Below, one piece after another: positions 12,765 through 27,575 of a stretch of 64,000 bases of DNA. Both the position numbers and the translations under genes were made by a program. Below the pieces are notes generated by a model. The model saw only the letters and a list, made by a program, of their open reading frames with translations, searched no databases and had not been told where the DNA came from. This DNA comes from Octopus vulgaris (lineage: Eukaryota), in NCBI GenBank assembly GCA_951406725.2, contig OX597817.1, positions 31,868,001-31,932,000 on the forward strand, in the 5' to 3' direction. How positions within the stretch are numbered: position 1 is the first letter of the stretch; each line of letters begins with the position of its first letter.

Positions 12765-14523
12765 CATGTAAATTCTAAATTAAATCAGAGAGACGTCGAC
12801 TTTGCCTTACATGCGTTCGAAAGACATGCAGTAAGTATGAATTATGCAGTAGTGATGAAGTAGTGGCCTCAGTTAAATCGACTCCCCATCCCTTCTAAAG
12901 TTTGTAGCCTCAGGTCAATATAAGAAATTTTCTACAATATTATTCCGCTTGTCACGATATTTGCTCGAGTGTTATACCTTTACCAACTTTAACAATGGAA
13001 CGAAATCGAACCCATAATCAAAACATGCTAAAAAGTGTTATAGATAAAGGCATCAAAGAAACGAACAAAGAAACTAAGGAATTACATTGTCTTAAAAATA
13101 TTATTGATACGACTAAAATTGTAGACAATCACTACTTTATACAGGAATAAAATATACCAGTGTGTTACAGAAACCAGCAATACGGGGTATATATTCGGGT
13201 GTGTAAAAATTTGAATTGAAAACGAAAAATACTCAAGCAGTTTTACTTTACAAAGCTTTAAAACCACGTAAATGTATATTTAACGATATATTAGGGATTT
13301 TCTTTCTCTTATATACTAATCATATTGTTCATCTCGGTTTGATCTGAAAAAGCCATACGAAATCAATATATTGATCAGATGACAAGAATCGCATACCCTA
13401 AAGCCAAACAGCTTCCACTTGAGCCCAATTGTAACATTTTCGATAGACAATTTTTATCAGCTCATCATTTTGTTCTTTACAAGGTCTGTATTGTAACATC
13501 ACAGGTTTTCTATGGAGATGGAAATTTCCTAGTACAATAAGCATATTAATTATCTCTTTCTTCTTCGTGGATGTATGTGCGCTACCTAGTACAAATTTTC
13601 CATAATAGAGAAAGAAAAATTAAAAAGAGGAGTATGAAAGATATCTTTTTGGTTAGGAGGAATTACAACCGTGTTTCGTGGTCTGCTACCACAACAGCTC
13701 CTTTATGGGATCCAGTTAGCTCAAGACATCATCAGGAGGAACCACGTCCGGTTTCGGCCCCTACTCCTCTACCGTTTTGACGTGCCCCTCCCTCCCTTCG
13801 GAGGTTTCTTCAGCTCTGATGTTGGGTGCATGTCTTCTTTTTTCTTCTTTCTTCTGTTCCCTGGTTCTGATTCCCCAGATATTCCAACGTTAAAATCCAA
13901 CATTTCTAAGTCTAGGTGACTGAGATACTAAAATTGCCTTTCCAAAACAGACTAGTGAGCTTTATCTCAGAAATGAAGCAAATTACATTTTATTATGGAC
14001 AGGGAGCAAGATCTCATGTAACAGCACATATATCAGTCACCTGACAGCAGCAATCAGTCGGAAAACCATGTTCTTGGAAGTACTTTCACTTTTAGTTTCG
14101 GAGTATTTGTTTATGCAACAGCATGTATGCGTATATGTATGTGCATTGCGTGTGTGTGTGCTTGTACGTATGTAAGTATGCGTGTATGTGCGTGGGTATG
14201 CATGTGCGTGTGCGTCTCTGTGTGTACGTGTATGTTTGGGTCCATTTATGTATCAGAAGAACTTACTATACCAACAGAAATTTCATCAGATTTCGTTAAT
14301 ATATTTTGATGACTGATTAAATATTCCTATATTTCAAGTACATTTTATGCAACAGAAGTATCTAAAAGAAAACACACACACTCAATACATGTATGCATCT
14401 ATTATCGATCTATCAATCATATATTTGTTTCTGGTAGCACTGTTTAATATAACATTTATATGTGCATATATAAATATATATGCATACATATACTTTTATT
14501 AAAGCTGCAAAATTATCACAGAA

Positions 14524-14561
14524 CTGTAACTCAGGGTTTCACGTTCCCCTTCGTCGGACAA
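14524..14561 (-). ncRNA. Degenerate minimal type-I hammerhead ribozyme motif (family A)
   Basis: Minus strand TTGT CCGACGA AGGGGAACGT GAAA CCCTGAG TT ACAG. Confidence 0.55.
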
Positions 14562-14965
14562 CTGTGTTGAATACATACATAGGCATATACATATTTCAAC
14601 CCAGATTTAGACCAGGCCATGTCTTATTCAATACCATATAAGTATGTTTGCTGCACATAGAAATATATACATCTACATATACGTTATACACAATATATAT
14701 ATATATATATATATATACATACATACACACGCATACACACATTTATAAATCTATGGCGAGTACTTGCACTTAAAGAGAAGAGTATGGAATTTTAAAATCA
14801 AGACCATATAATTGAAATAGGGTAGATATAGCATGTATGTACCCTCTTCCCAGCTGTCTCTCATAAAGATGAAATTTATATTAATATAAGATTTATTTGT
14901 ATTCACTTATATTTCAAATGCAGGCAACGCTTGTCATATATTCGTGCAGGAAAAGCCACTTACAA

Positions 14966-15025
<60 letters not shown>

Positions 15026-15060
15026 GCGCTTGTGTGTGTGTGTGTGTGATATATGATACG

Positions 15061-15340
<280 letters not shown>

Positions 15341-15371
15341 ATATATACATACATACATACATACATACATA

Positions 15372-15460
<89 letters not shown>

Positions 15461-15482
15461 GTATGTATATGTAATATATTCT

Positions 15483-15880
15483 TATTTACTTGTTTCAGTC
15501 ATTTGACTGCGACCATGCTGGAGCACCAACTTTAGTCGAGCAAATCGACCTCCATGACTTATTCTTTGTTAGCCCAGTACTTATTCAATCAGTCTCTTTT
15601 GCCGAACCGCTAAGTTACGGGGACGTAAACACACCAGCATCGGTTGTCAAGCGATGCTGGGAGGACAAACACAGACACACAAACATATACACACGCATAC
15701 ATATATATATATATATATACATATATACGACGGGCTTCCTTCAGTTTCCGTCTACCAAATCCACTCACAAGGCTTTGGTCGGCCCGAGGCTATAGTAGAA
15801 GACACTTGCCCAAGGTGCCACATAGTGGGACTGAACCCAGAACCATGTGGTTGGTAAGCAAGCTACTTACCAGACAGCCA
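15483..15880 (-). mobile_element. SINE family 1
   Basis: High similarity to 916-1309. Confidence 0.9.
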
Positions 15881-16161
15881 TATATATATATATATATATA
15901 TAATTATATACACACATTTCAAAATGTAACCACATGTGGATCGCTGGCGACTTTTTTCTCCGTTTTTCTTTTCTCTTGGACTTTACTCCGTCTCCTATTT
16001 CTTGCCCGAAAAATCAAACTAACTTTCTTTTCTTCCATGACCGTCTGGTAAGATTTTGCATGTACTACGTCCTCACGTTGTTGTTTTTTTGTGTTTGTTC
16101 TTCATTTTTTCAGGAGGATTTACTATATATATATGTGTGTATGTATGTATGTATGTATGTG

Positions 16162-16390
16162 TTTCTTTATTACCCACAAGGGGCTAAACATAGAGAGACA
16201 AACAAGGACAGACATAGGTATTAAGTCGATTACATCGACCCCAGTGCGTAACGGGTACTTAATTTATCGACCCCGAAAGGATGAAAGGCGAAGTCGACCT
16301 CGGCGGAATTTGAACTCAGAACGTAGCGGCAGACGAAATACGGTTACGCATTTCGCCCGGCGTGCTAACGTTTCTGCCAGCTCGCCACCT
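16162..16390 (-). mobile_element. SINE family 2, near full length
   Basis: Minus strand GGTGGCGAGCTGGCAGAAACGTTAGCACG...GAGTTCAAATTCC (box B)...GCCTTTCATCCTTTCGGGGTCGATAAA (Nin/Deu-like domain). Confidence 0.85.
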
Positions 16391-16494
16391 TTGTATGTAT
16401 GTATGTATGTATGTATGTATGTATGTATGTATGTATGTATGTATGTATGTATGTATGTATGTATGTTTGTATCTGTGTGTGTATGTGTGTGTGA

Positions 16495-16810
16495 AAGTGC
16501 ATGGCGTCGGATTACAATTTTGAAGTAGGGATTTCGATTCCTGGACCGGGCTGATTGTTGTATTCTTGAGCAAGACACTTTATTTCACGTTGTCCCATTT
16601 CACTCAGCTGTAGAAATGAGTTTCGACGACGCTGATGCCAAGCTGTATCGACCTTTGCCTTTCCGTCGATGGCGTAGAGAGGGGAGCCTAGTTTACGTGG
16701 GCGACTGCGAGTCTTCCTTAAAAAATAACCTTGCTCGGACTTGTGCCTGGGAGGGGAACTTTCTCGGTGCAATCCTATGGTCTTTTATGCCGAAGAGGGT
16801 CATGAAGGTG
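16495..16810 (+). mobile_element. SINE family 4
   Basis: TTCGATTCC box B, TTCTTGAGCAAGACACTTTATTTCAC...CTCAGCTGTAGAAATGAG; homologous to 42871-43186. Confidence 0.75.
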
Positions 16811-16825
16811 ATCCTATAACTATAA

Positions 16826-16860
<35 letters not shown>

Positions 16861-16864
<4 letters not shown>

Positions 16865-17170
16865 CTTGATCAACTTGACCGACCAGTCCGTCGGGCGTCC
16901 AATTGTCACCGCTGGTCACAGCACGCTGTCCACTCCTCTCTGGATCGCGCCTTCCTCATCCACGGGATCCCAATCGCCCTCCTGAAATCGTAACTCCACC
17001 GTCGTGGAGGACTTCGGAGTGGTCGTTTCCGCTCGCGCGGGTACCACTCGACAACTGCGTGGGTCCACCGATTATCGTTGACCCGGGCGACGTGTCCAGC
17101 CCATCTAAACTTGCTGCGTGTATATTCTACGATGACATCCCTCACGCCGGACTTCACGTTGTCCCAGTTC
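16861..17170 (-). mobile_element. 3' end of RTE-clade LINE with short tandem tail
   Basis: Translation SKFRWAGHVARVNDNRWTHAVVEWYPRERKRPLRSPPRRW...AR.REEW is a classic RTE C-terminus; tail TCAAGTTGATCAAGGTGA; flanked by (TA)n on both sides. Confidence 0.9.
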
Positions 17171-17230
<60 letters not shown>

Positions 17231-17814
17231 GTATATATATACATATACACATATATGTATACACACACACATACACACATATAGGATTCAATACATATAT
17301 CACCATATGAACATACTGAGGGATCGAGAAATGGCTAGATACAAGAACATAAAGTTCGGATGTTGGTAGGATACTTTAGATATGTACTTACCAAATCCAA
17401 TTTAAGCCGTAGATCTGACTCAGAGCTGGTTCTGAATACGGCGTAGCCATAAAAAAGAGCACAAATGAGGGTTTAACATATACGGCATGTTTCAGTAAAA
17501 TATTATTGATGAATTTACACATTGCATCAAAACATGTAATCCACCATCTTCAGGTAAAATTTTAAAAAAGGATGAACAGGTGAGGTAATAACTTGCTGAT
17601 GAAGAATCCAACCAAAATTTTATCTTCTTATCCATGAATACTTCAATAAAATTCTACCGAAACAGCTGTGAAAAATTTCAAACCCCATTTGTATTCTTTT
17701 GTATTTATGTATACATTGGCATCGCGGTTATCCATCGAGATCATTGGATTTTTTTTTATTTATTTTATATTTTTTGTTTTGTTTTTCTTATGTAGTTATT
17801 CATCCGTTATGATC

Positions 17815-18093
17815 GATTGAGCGATTGACGAGTCCAATTCTTGCTCGGAAGTTCCTGCCACAAGTAGGGCAAATGGTTCCGGCTCTTCTTTTCTTCTTGT
17901 TCGGCAGTCCTAGTGTCTCAAAATTTGTTAGTCTCTCTTTAATCATGCTTCTTCAACGTTCTCGATCGTGAGCATTTGTCTCCCAGTCGTCGGTGTCCAT
18001 TTTATATTTCTTAAAATTGACTTTCAAAACATCTTTGAATTTTTGCTTTTGCCCTCATCTTTTCCGTTTTCCTCCTTTTAGTTGGGAGCAAAG
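17815..18093 (-). mobile_element. 3' fragment of RTE-clade LINE with C-terminal zinc finger (pseudogenised, two in-frame stops)
   Basis: Manual translation LCSQLKGGKRKR*GQKQKFKDVLKVNFKKYKMDTDDWETNAHDRER*RSMIKE...CPTCGRNFRARIGLVN; not in the ORF track. Confidence 0.85.
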
Positions 18094-18095
18094 AT

Positions 18096-18096
<1 letters not shown>

Positions 18097-18153
<57 letters not shown>

Positions 18154-18173
18154 AACAGTACATAATATATATC

Positions 18174-18212
<39 letters not shown>

Positions 18213-18259
18213 TATATAATATATGTATATATATATATATATAAGTATATATATATATG

Positions 18260-18349
<90 letters not shown>

Positions 18350-18460
18350 TTGTTGTATATGTTGTATATATTGTATATATATTGTTGTATATGTATTTAT
18401 ATTTGTATGTATATATTGTTATATATGTATTTATATATCTGTATGTGTGCATACATCATG
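18097..18460. repeat. Imperfect (TA)n block
   Basis: Direct reading. Confidence 0.95.
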
Positions 18461-19088
18461 AACGTGAGTAAAAGACGTCTACAAATGCCAAGAGAAGCAA
18501 ATAGCTAGACATATTTATTAACGATTTATGTACATGAGTTTACCTGTCATATATCAGGTGATATTGCTAATACACTCATATATCTCTTTCCACTGTGTTT
18601 AACATGAGACAGTTATACTTCAGTAGAATAAGTATTAATATAATTTTTATTTCATATTTCATTGTACTTCTACAAATTAATGAAACTGCACAAATTTTGT
18701 AAAGATCTTCATTGAATTAAATTTTAATTAAATTTAATTAATTTCTCAGCTATATATTTCTAATAAATATATGATATCAGCAACAATTTTCCGTTTGACT
18801 GTCAACTAATTGCAGACGTAACACTTCCTCAAATTACCTACGACAGGAAAACTATATTCCCAATGTTATTCGCCATAAAAATGGCAGTCTATAATAACCA
18901 AGCGATAAACGTTCAATAGTTTAGTTATTCCCCTTCGTGTGACTTAATGTGACACCAACATCGAGTATTATATGTATTGTAAGTTATTATTCAGAAAAGG
19001 GTTTTGTATACTTTATATATTTTTGTGCCTATTTGCAAAAATGGTTTAAGTTCGAGTCAAACAAAAATACATTAAGTACACACACATA

Positions 19089-19136
<48 letters not shown>

Positions 19137-19758
19137 GCACATACATATATTTATATGTCCATATGTATGTACATACGCAAGATCATATGAGAACGGCAGA
19201 GGGCCGAGAAAGTGGGGACTATAAAACAGCTTCATAACTTGCCACAAGGGTGACCAATGAAACGACACCACAAGAACAAACAACAAGAATCACAGCGGGG
19301 TTTTATATGTATATATATATATCAATGAGCATGAGAAGAAAACTAGCATGAAAACTGGGACTAGAAATTATTAATAAGAAAATAAAATTAAAAAACAAAA
19401 AATTAAAAACATACAAGAAACTAAAAAGAAATGAAATACTGGAAACACATATCGAGACATTGCTTAAGTAAGACTATATCTAAATTTAATAAGTTTAACC
19501 TTATTTTAATTTCTAACGGCGTTTTGATTTCACAGTCTCTGTTGCATGATAAAACCTTTTGATCTCAGTTTACCAGAGAATAGAGTATCAGATCGTACAG
19601 CAGTATCTGAGGATTAATCTTTACTTAAATACTTGATAGTGATATGTTAAGTTGATATATATTATTTTTCTAATCTATTCAGAGCATATGTATATATATA
19701 TACATGCACTATATACACTATATACCACACACTTGCTTACATCCACACATGCACACGC

Positions 19759-19808
<50 letters not shown>

Positions 19809-19934
19809 CTGTGTGTCTGTGTGTGTTTGTGTGTGTGTATATGATGTATGTGTGTATCTGTCTATCTATATATATTTTTATATATACACAAACACACACA
19901 CACCACATACAAACATCCACACACACACACACAC

Positions 19935-20058
<124 letters not shown>

Positions 20059-20605
20059 ACACAAAGCACACGGAGAAAGACACACACACACACACACACA
20101 CATACACGCACATATAAATGTGTGCGCATTTGTGCAAGTGTGTGAGTGTGTGTGATAGTGGGCATAGAGTGTATTGTCTGTACGTCTTTACCGACATTAC
20201 GGTTAGAAACTTGAAACTCAGAGTACCCAAGAAAAGGAGTCAGTTTCCAATAAATGAATAAATAAATAAAATTAGCTAACGTACATTCAATCTCTGTCTG
20301 GTTTGCACGAGTATATCCAGTACCATACGTGTGCGTATCTGTATACTTATATCTGCTTGCGCCAGTGTCTATGAGAGAGAGAGAGGGTGTGTGTGTGTAT
20401 CTGTGTATGTGTGTGCATGTGTGTGTGTGTGTGTGTGTGTGCGTGTGTGTGAACATGCATATACATATAAACTCACACAAGCACACACATGCAAGTGGAC
20501 ACGCATATATACATATACAAATACACATTGATTCTAAAATTTATAGATAATGTTCTGTTACGAAGTAAAGGGTTAAACCGAAACAATGCCGAGACCAAAG
20601 TAATT

Positions 20606-20694
<89 letters not shown>

Positions 20695-20696
20695 GC

Positions 20697-20782
<86 letters not shown>
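20606..20782. repeat. (GATA)n microsatellite
   Basis: Direct reading. Confidence 0.95.
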
Positions 20783-21363
20783 GTATATACAGTGACATAA
20801 ATTTGATCAACATAGTCGTAAAGATATATTGGTTACCAAACTAGATAGGTTCTTCTGGAACAATATAAAAGTTATCTTATAATTTAGATTGATAGACACT
20901 CATTTGTTTCTATTGTTTAACTAAATATATACCACTCACCACTCTGGGTTATTTCTCTTACGCTATTTTGGTTTATATTAAGCAGATCACTTTAGCCATA
21001 TATGTCTGTTCTACCCATTTTTGTCTGCTGGAGACATGGTATGACAGCTGCCGTGCTGACGATGCGTAAGGAGGCAGAAATACGTGTTACAAGTGGTTTT
21101 TGCCGCCAGACATATAGACCGTCTTTTCTTTAATAGTAAGTTAATTTTGGTGAATAATTTTCGTGAAATGGTCTCTGCTTCTCACTTGGGGTTGGTCCTA
21201 ATTCCACCCCCAGGCAATTGTTCCACCTTCATTTCTATGCCAGCGGAGATGGTTTCAATAAATCTTGTATGATATTAAAACTACCTTTATACTTTTAGCT
21301 ACAAATATGTATTCATAGACACACATATATGTATATACATATACATCTTGTTTATGCATATAC

Positions 21364-21418
<55 letters not shown>

Positions 21419-22635
21419 TGTGTGTGTGTATATGAATCATATATGCACATATATACAAATATATAATTATATATATTGCGTGTATAGCCTATTTCCACTC
21501 AGACACATACACACACATATTATTGTGTTCTTTTAGTTGGACTGGTATATGATGGATTATAAAAGACACAGCATAAACAACAGACATGAATGTCTATTGT
21601 TTATGTCGTGATACTGGCACATATAAATGTATCATAGACTTATCTCGTTTACGTGCTCTATATTGCACTCGCAAGATACACACACATATTATTGTGTTCT
21701 TTTAGTTGGACTGGTTAGGGGATATTTGCTTGAGATTTTGCATTACTGGAATGAAACTGACCCACATGCTTACTAAACGAACATCTTAGCCATAGAACCG
21801 TGCTAGAAATATTCTCTCCAGTATTAGTTTCATGTTGTCTCAGAGTTGTTGCATATAGATATGAATATGTATAAGTATATACATAAACATTCAACACCTA
21901 GTGAGGCAGAAACACGTATCCACAGATGTCATCTTGTGTCCGGACATTTTTTTCTTATTTAGTGGGTTATCAATTGTGGAGAATTCTGTAGATTATCTCC
22001 CGTCGTTATTTGGAGTTGGTACCAACTGCCACCAAGCCACTGAACTATCTACTCTGGAAGTGGAGATGATTTAGATAAATCAAGAATTTGTCTTATGAGT
22101 TACATAATATAGGCTCAATCATCCTTTATTGTTCAAATACGTGCCACTGGGCACGTTGTCATTTCCCGTGGCTCAATGCCTTTTTTCCCCATGTCATAAT
22201 GGCTCTCATAAACCATAAAATCATGTTATTTTTGTATTTCATAACTGACTAAAGTTCAGCATTATCTACCCAGTGCAACATGGTTCGGAGGATTTTTTAG
22301 TGCCTATGGTTATATGGTTATTTTTGTAATACAATATAAGTTATCTTTTCCAAGTGATAATAATTACAGCTTACAGTAACCATATTCCAAATATTTTTAT
22401 CGTTAGCAATCTGACTACAATTTTTGTTTACTGTAAACTGTACTTAGCTGACCGATTATATAAGTAGAAATATATCTAAATATAACTATGACACACAAAA
22501 AAAAAATAATAATAAAAGCTCATATTTGATAGAGTGCTTAGAAGTTGTATGAACAAGTACATGCTTTCGCTTAAAGCACCAGGCGTGTATTTATTAGCAT
22601 TAAATAGGATGATGGTCTCTGTAGAGAATATATTA

Positions 22636-22987
22636 CTCTTTTACTTGTTTCAGTCATTTGACTGCGGCCATTCTGGAGCACCGCCTTTAGTCGAGCAAAT
22701 CGACCCCGGGACTTATTCTTTGTAAGCCCAGTACTTATTCTATCGGTCTCTTTTGCCGAACCACTAAGTGACGGGGATATAAACACACCAGCATCGGTTG
22801 TCAAGCAATGCTAGGGGGACAAACACAGACACATATATATACATATATACGACAGGCTTCTTTCAGTTTCCGTCTACCAAATCCACTCACAAGGCATTGG
22901 TCGGCCCGGGGCTATAGCAGAAAACACTTGCCCAAGATGCCACGTGATTGGTTAGCAAGGTACTTACCACACAGCCACTCCTGCGCC
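22636..22987 (-). mobile_element. SINE family 1 with intact 5' start (GGCGCAGGAGTGGCTG) but box B region deleted
   Basis: Alignment by eye to 916-1309. Confidence 0.9.
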
Positions 22988-25370
22988 TATTAGTTACTTT
23001 TGTTTATTTATGCACATAACTTATGCATTATACTTAGCCATTTATGTCTAGTGAAAGCTTAGTTAATTAACAATGTGCACTATTATAATTAATGATTAAC
23101 TATCAGCAATACAATTGGTTGAAAGGTATATTCTATACTCGACTTGTTCTCAACACAATGACTTAGAAATTTGTGTATATAACATAGACATAAAGCCTCA
23201 TATTTTCAGGGAAGAAACAGTCGAATACCTTGGAATCAGTTACTTATTTAGTCGAAACCGGGAGAATTAAAAATTCCGTGGAATTTGAAGACGGAGTATG
23301 AAGGGACGTAACTAAATACCATAAGGTATTTTGTCCGTCTTTCTACCATTTCTACCAATTCACCGTATAGCATATAATATTGAATTGGGGTTTAAAAGAA
23401 GTCTTAAATATTACCTTCCATAGTCTATGAACTTTCTTCTTGTACAGTAACAAGCTTCTCTTTTTCGATGAATTTATCCCCCCTTCCCCCAAATGGCTTT
23501 ATATGGAACACAGGTTAACGACTATGAGAGCATTATATCTACACGCATTTTACTGTATAGATTCAAGCATTGTTTGAAGATAGATATTTATGTGTAGAGG
23601 ATGTAAACTTAAGTTTCTCATTCGAAACCTGAACACATTAACTGCTGCTGAATAACTTACAGAAGCAGGAAAATAATGAATATTCAGAATTTTTAAATGT
23701 AGAATTTGAGGAATTTCATGAATGAGATAACTCTATACCAGTTGCGGTGCATCTAATCGAGTCAGTAGTATTGCAGACAATCCGGCGAATTCCATATTTC
23801 GCACAATATAATACCGTTGAACTGTATCACAAATATAGAAATTTAAGCCTTGCAGCTCCTGTTCACACAGTTGTCAATAAATGTTAACAGCGAGCTGTTT
23901 ATGACTGCACAACAGAGAAAATGCTTTGTACTAAGATCTCTTGCAGTATTGTCAAAAATTAATACCGCCATATTGCATAGACAATTCACTGATAATTTTA
24001 TTCAAAGTTCCAGAAACAGTCGACCAATATTTCAAACAGTCAATCGACTTATTACCTTCTCAACATATAGAAAGTTTCCCACATTTAACTATATTAAAAA
24101 TGAACATCTTGGATAAAGTTGATTATATCATTACTCATAACCACAATTAGAGAAATTTCCCACTAGGATTATCTTGAAGATAAACCGAATAATAAAGCAA
24201 AATTTTAAGTTTATTATACATTAAAGATATACTCCGAACTTTTCTTTGATTGTATGAGACGTTACTGGATCCCAAATATGTTGATATCTTTATTTCCTTA
24301 AATTTACTTAAAAGTTTTCTTAATACTGGATATACGGCAGATAGTTAAAGCTATTATATATGGCAGAAGTCAATTTTAGAACTAGTTTTCAATTTAATAA
24401 GGTAGGGTATGCCATTTCCCAGCCTGTCACACAAGGCTTAGTTGGCATAATTGAGTTGTTATATCCACAAGCGACAGTAATGGATTATATTTTCTACACG
24501 TGTGACATATTACACGAGTGGCCATAGTAGTTCTGCACCGAATGGTGTGGGTGGATGGATGTGTGTGTAAGTGAATGATTTGGTAACGACTGAGTATGTT
24601 TGTGATGTATCATGTGCTTAATCATACTAGTTACACTTCAGACGTAAACTACAGCCGATTAGATTTTCTAGATAGCCATACATATAAATAGTATATATAT
24701 ATATATATCTTACACCTCGTAAATAACTCTGTCGATTAGCCATGTAATCCAGCATAAAATAACAGGACGATTTAGAAAGAAAGAAAAAAAAAACAGGGGA
24801 GGTAATTAATTGCACGAGTCTTGCATTCGAAGGAGAATGGAATCACTAAAAATGCCTAACTTAGATGTCTTCTTTAGAAATAAATAATAACTTGGGGAAT
24901 TTAAAAAAAAATTAGGTGTACGAGCGAAATCAATAACAGTGATTGGTCTTTCGATTATATATATTTTAAAAATACATACATGAATACATACAAACTTACA
25001 GACGAATGTATTTAACACATCTCACTACTATAGTAACTTGTTTTGTTTTTCTCTTCATGCTGTGCTTTTGGCAAACAATTTATTATATATTGCAGTAGAT
25101 TATTGTTGACCAGAACATACTAGGGTGTCATGAGGAAAATATACAACAGAGTAGATTTTCCGATCTAGTTTCTCCTTTGCGCAGGACATTCTTATGGATC
25201 CTCCCTTTAACTATCTTGCTTATTTGAGTTTCAAATTCGGTCGTTCTTTTGTCTTAAGCAAATACCACGATTACAATCACACCTTAATTGGATTTTGAAA
25301 TTCCATATTTAGTCGGAGTGTGAAAATTTCCCATTTACTCAGATATGCCAAGATTTCCCTTAGTCTTCAT

Positions 25371-25561
25371 CAGTGTTTCTGAAATGGAGCTAAAATACTC
25401 CCTTTAGATATTAGAAGAGGATGGTGAGCATTAGCGGGCATTTGAGGGTGTTACATAAAAATTCATTACATGTAATGTGTTAAGATGGGGGCGGTAAGGA
25501 TTTTACAAGAACGGAACAGGTAAAACTGTGTCTGTAAACAAAAAAACATTGACAACCACTG
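25371..25561. mobile_element. Possible decayed hAT/Charlie-like MITE
   Basis: Ends CAGTGTTTCTGAAA ... TTGACAACCACTG resemble CAGTGGTTCTCAA TIRs; no clear 8-bp TSD. Confidence 0.3.
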
Positions 25562-27541
25562 ATCCAAATTCAGTTCTCTAACTTTGGAACGGTATCTTTT
25601 ATCTATTACTTGTTTCAATCCTTGGACTAGGGCCATTCTGGGATACCTCCTTGAAGGATCTCATTACGACTCTTTACATTCTGAGTTCAAATCCCACCGA
25701 GTTCAACTTTGCTGGGGTCGATAAAATAAGTACCGATCAAGTACAGGGGTTGATGTAATCAATTTGTGCTCTTCTCTCAAAAATTGCTGATCTGGAGCTC
25801 TGCAACGGACCGACGTCTCGTTCAGAGGGAAATTTTGTGACCTTGGTCTATTATACGCCATGAAAACCGTGTAACTGGCCTAGATCCCGAGGGTGTGAGG
25901 ATAGTATAGTACGCTAAAGTGATAAAGTGTACTAATGTAAGACTTATAATGATTCCTGTTTTTCTATGAAGACGTTAGTTTGTTTCAGGGTCGTAATTTA
26001 TTTGAACTAAGTATCATTCTCACTTTTGCAGAAATTTTTGGGTTTGTTCCTTTCCTAAGCAGAGAGAGAGAGAGGAAACTACGTGTTGGTTAGAGGGCTG
26101 AGCGTATCAGTTAGTGATTGAATGCCAATTAGTAGAGTGCTCTTTCGCTGAATGCGGCCCAATGAGCTTATGTGCGTAAACGCAACACCATCACATGAAT
26201 TGTTGTTTCTGTTGTTGTTGCTTAGATCTAGATGGCTCCGAACCAGAAGCAGTGATTGAACAAAAGCGTTCTAGCAAAACCATCACATTGCTTTTCTTTT
26301 TTTCAGCCAGTGTATCTTAGACTGCCCCCTTAAAATAATATCGTACGATTTAAAGAAAACTTGACTGCTATATCTTTCGTATCAAGCCACTACGTAGCAC
26401 TGACCTAGATAACTCATGTTGTTATAGATGTGCTTCGAGTCAATGTTGCTGTTTCTATGTAGCACGGGACTAGTTCTGATTGCGCAAACCTATGCTCAGT
26501 GGTACTCCAGCCGTGATCTTCCTGTAATTTCTCAAGCAAGTATTGTGTACCCAAGACTTCACTGTCCAATATCTTCTTTCTTCATTTTTCTTTTTCAAGG
26601 GAAAGAGATTTGATTACTATTTCTAGCAGATTGGGCGACTATGTGGAGATTTCCTCGTTAATGTTTGTATCTGAATTTAATGGTCACAGCTTTTATTTTT
26701 CGTAAATAACATTATAAGCAAGAAAGCATGAGTAGTTGAAATCGGTAATTTGGATCTTGTCACAGGAGTAACTTTGATGTCAACAGCAAATATATTTCAC
26801 TTCGAAATGATTCTGTCCGCTATGTTGCTCATAGACACTTTAGGACAGCAACAATTTACGATGTAATCAGTAATAACACTAGATTTGACAAATGTTTTGT
26901 CTTTTTACAATACTGAGTTCAGCTCTACTTTCAGTTATGAAATCTCGCGGGATGAATCTCGCGAAGTTTATTCACCTGAGATATACGACATGAAAATGGA
27001 GATTTCAGCGGTGTTCCGCGATTTAGAGCTTTATGAAATTCATCTTAATATAACATAGATGAAATAACAAATCATGACAGACACATGATAATGTTTGAAT
27101 GGTTTATCCATTGGGTAAATCCTATGTAATACAACGTAGTGTAGGGATATTCAATATAATATGATTTGGTATAGTAGAATTATAGTAAGGGATAGATAGT
27201 TGTAGGTGATGTACTTCAATGTAACTGTTCTTCAATATAATTGTACGATAGAACTATATAGTCGTTCTTGATATACTTCAATAGAAGTATACAGCCGTTC
27301 TTGAAATTGTTTAGTTCGACCAGGTCATTCTTGATCACGGAGATCTCTGTACGAAGATATTCGAGTACGATGACGTATTTTTGTTTACCATTGCCTTCAG
27401 TGAGCAACGTATCCTTTTCGATGTGGCTGATATATCTTGCAGGCTGCGCGACCGTGCGAAGGTTCCATCTCTTATTCGATGTATGTTAGTTGTTTGGGAT
27501 GACAACAGTGTTTGCACGTATGAAAGATACAATAATAGAAA

Positions 27542-27575
<34 letters not shown>

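Noticed and set aside
13650-13920. GC-richer segment: minus-strand 45-aa basic ORF and CTGATGA...GAAA / CTGAAGA...GAAA pairs
   Set aside because: No recognisable protein motif and no helix I complementarity for a hammerhead; probably an unidentified element remnant.
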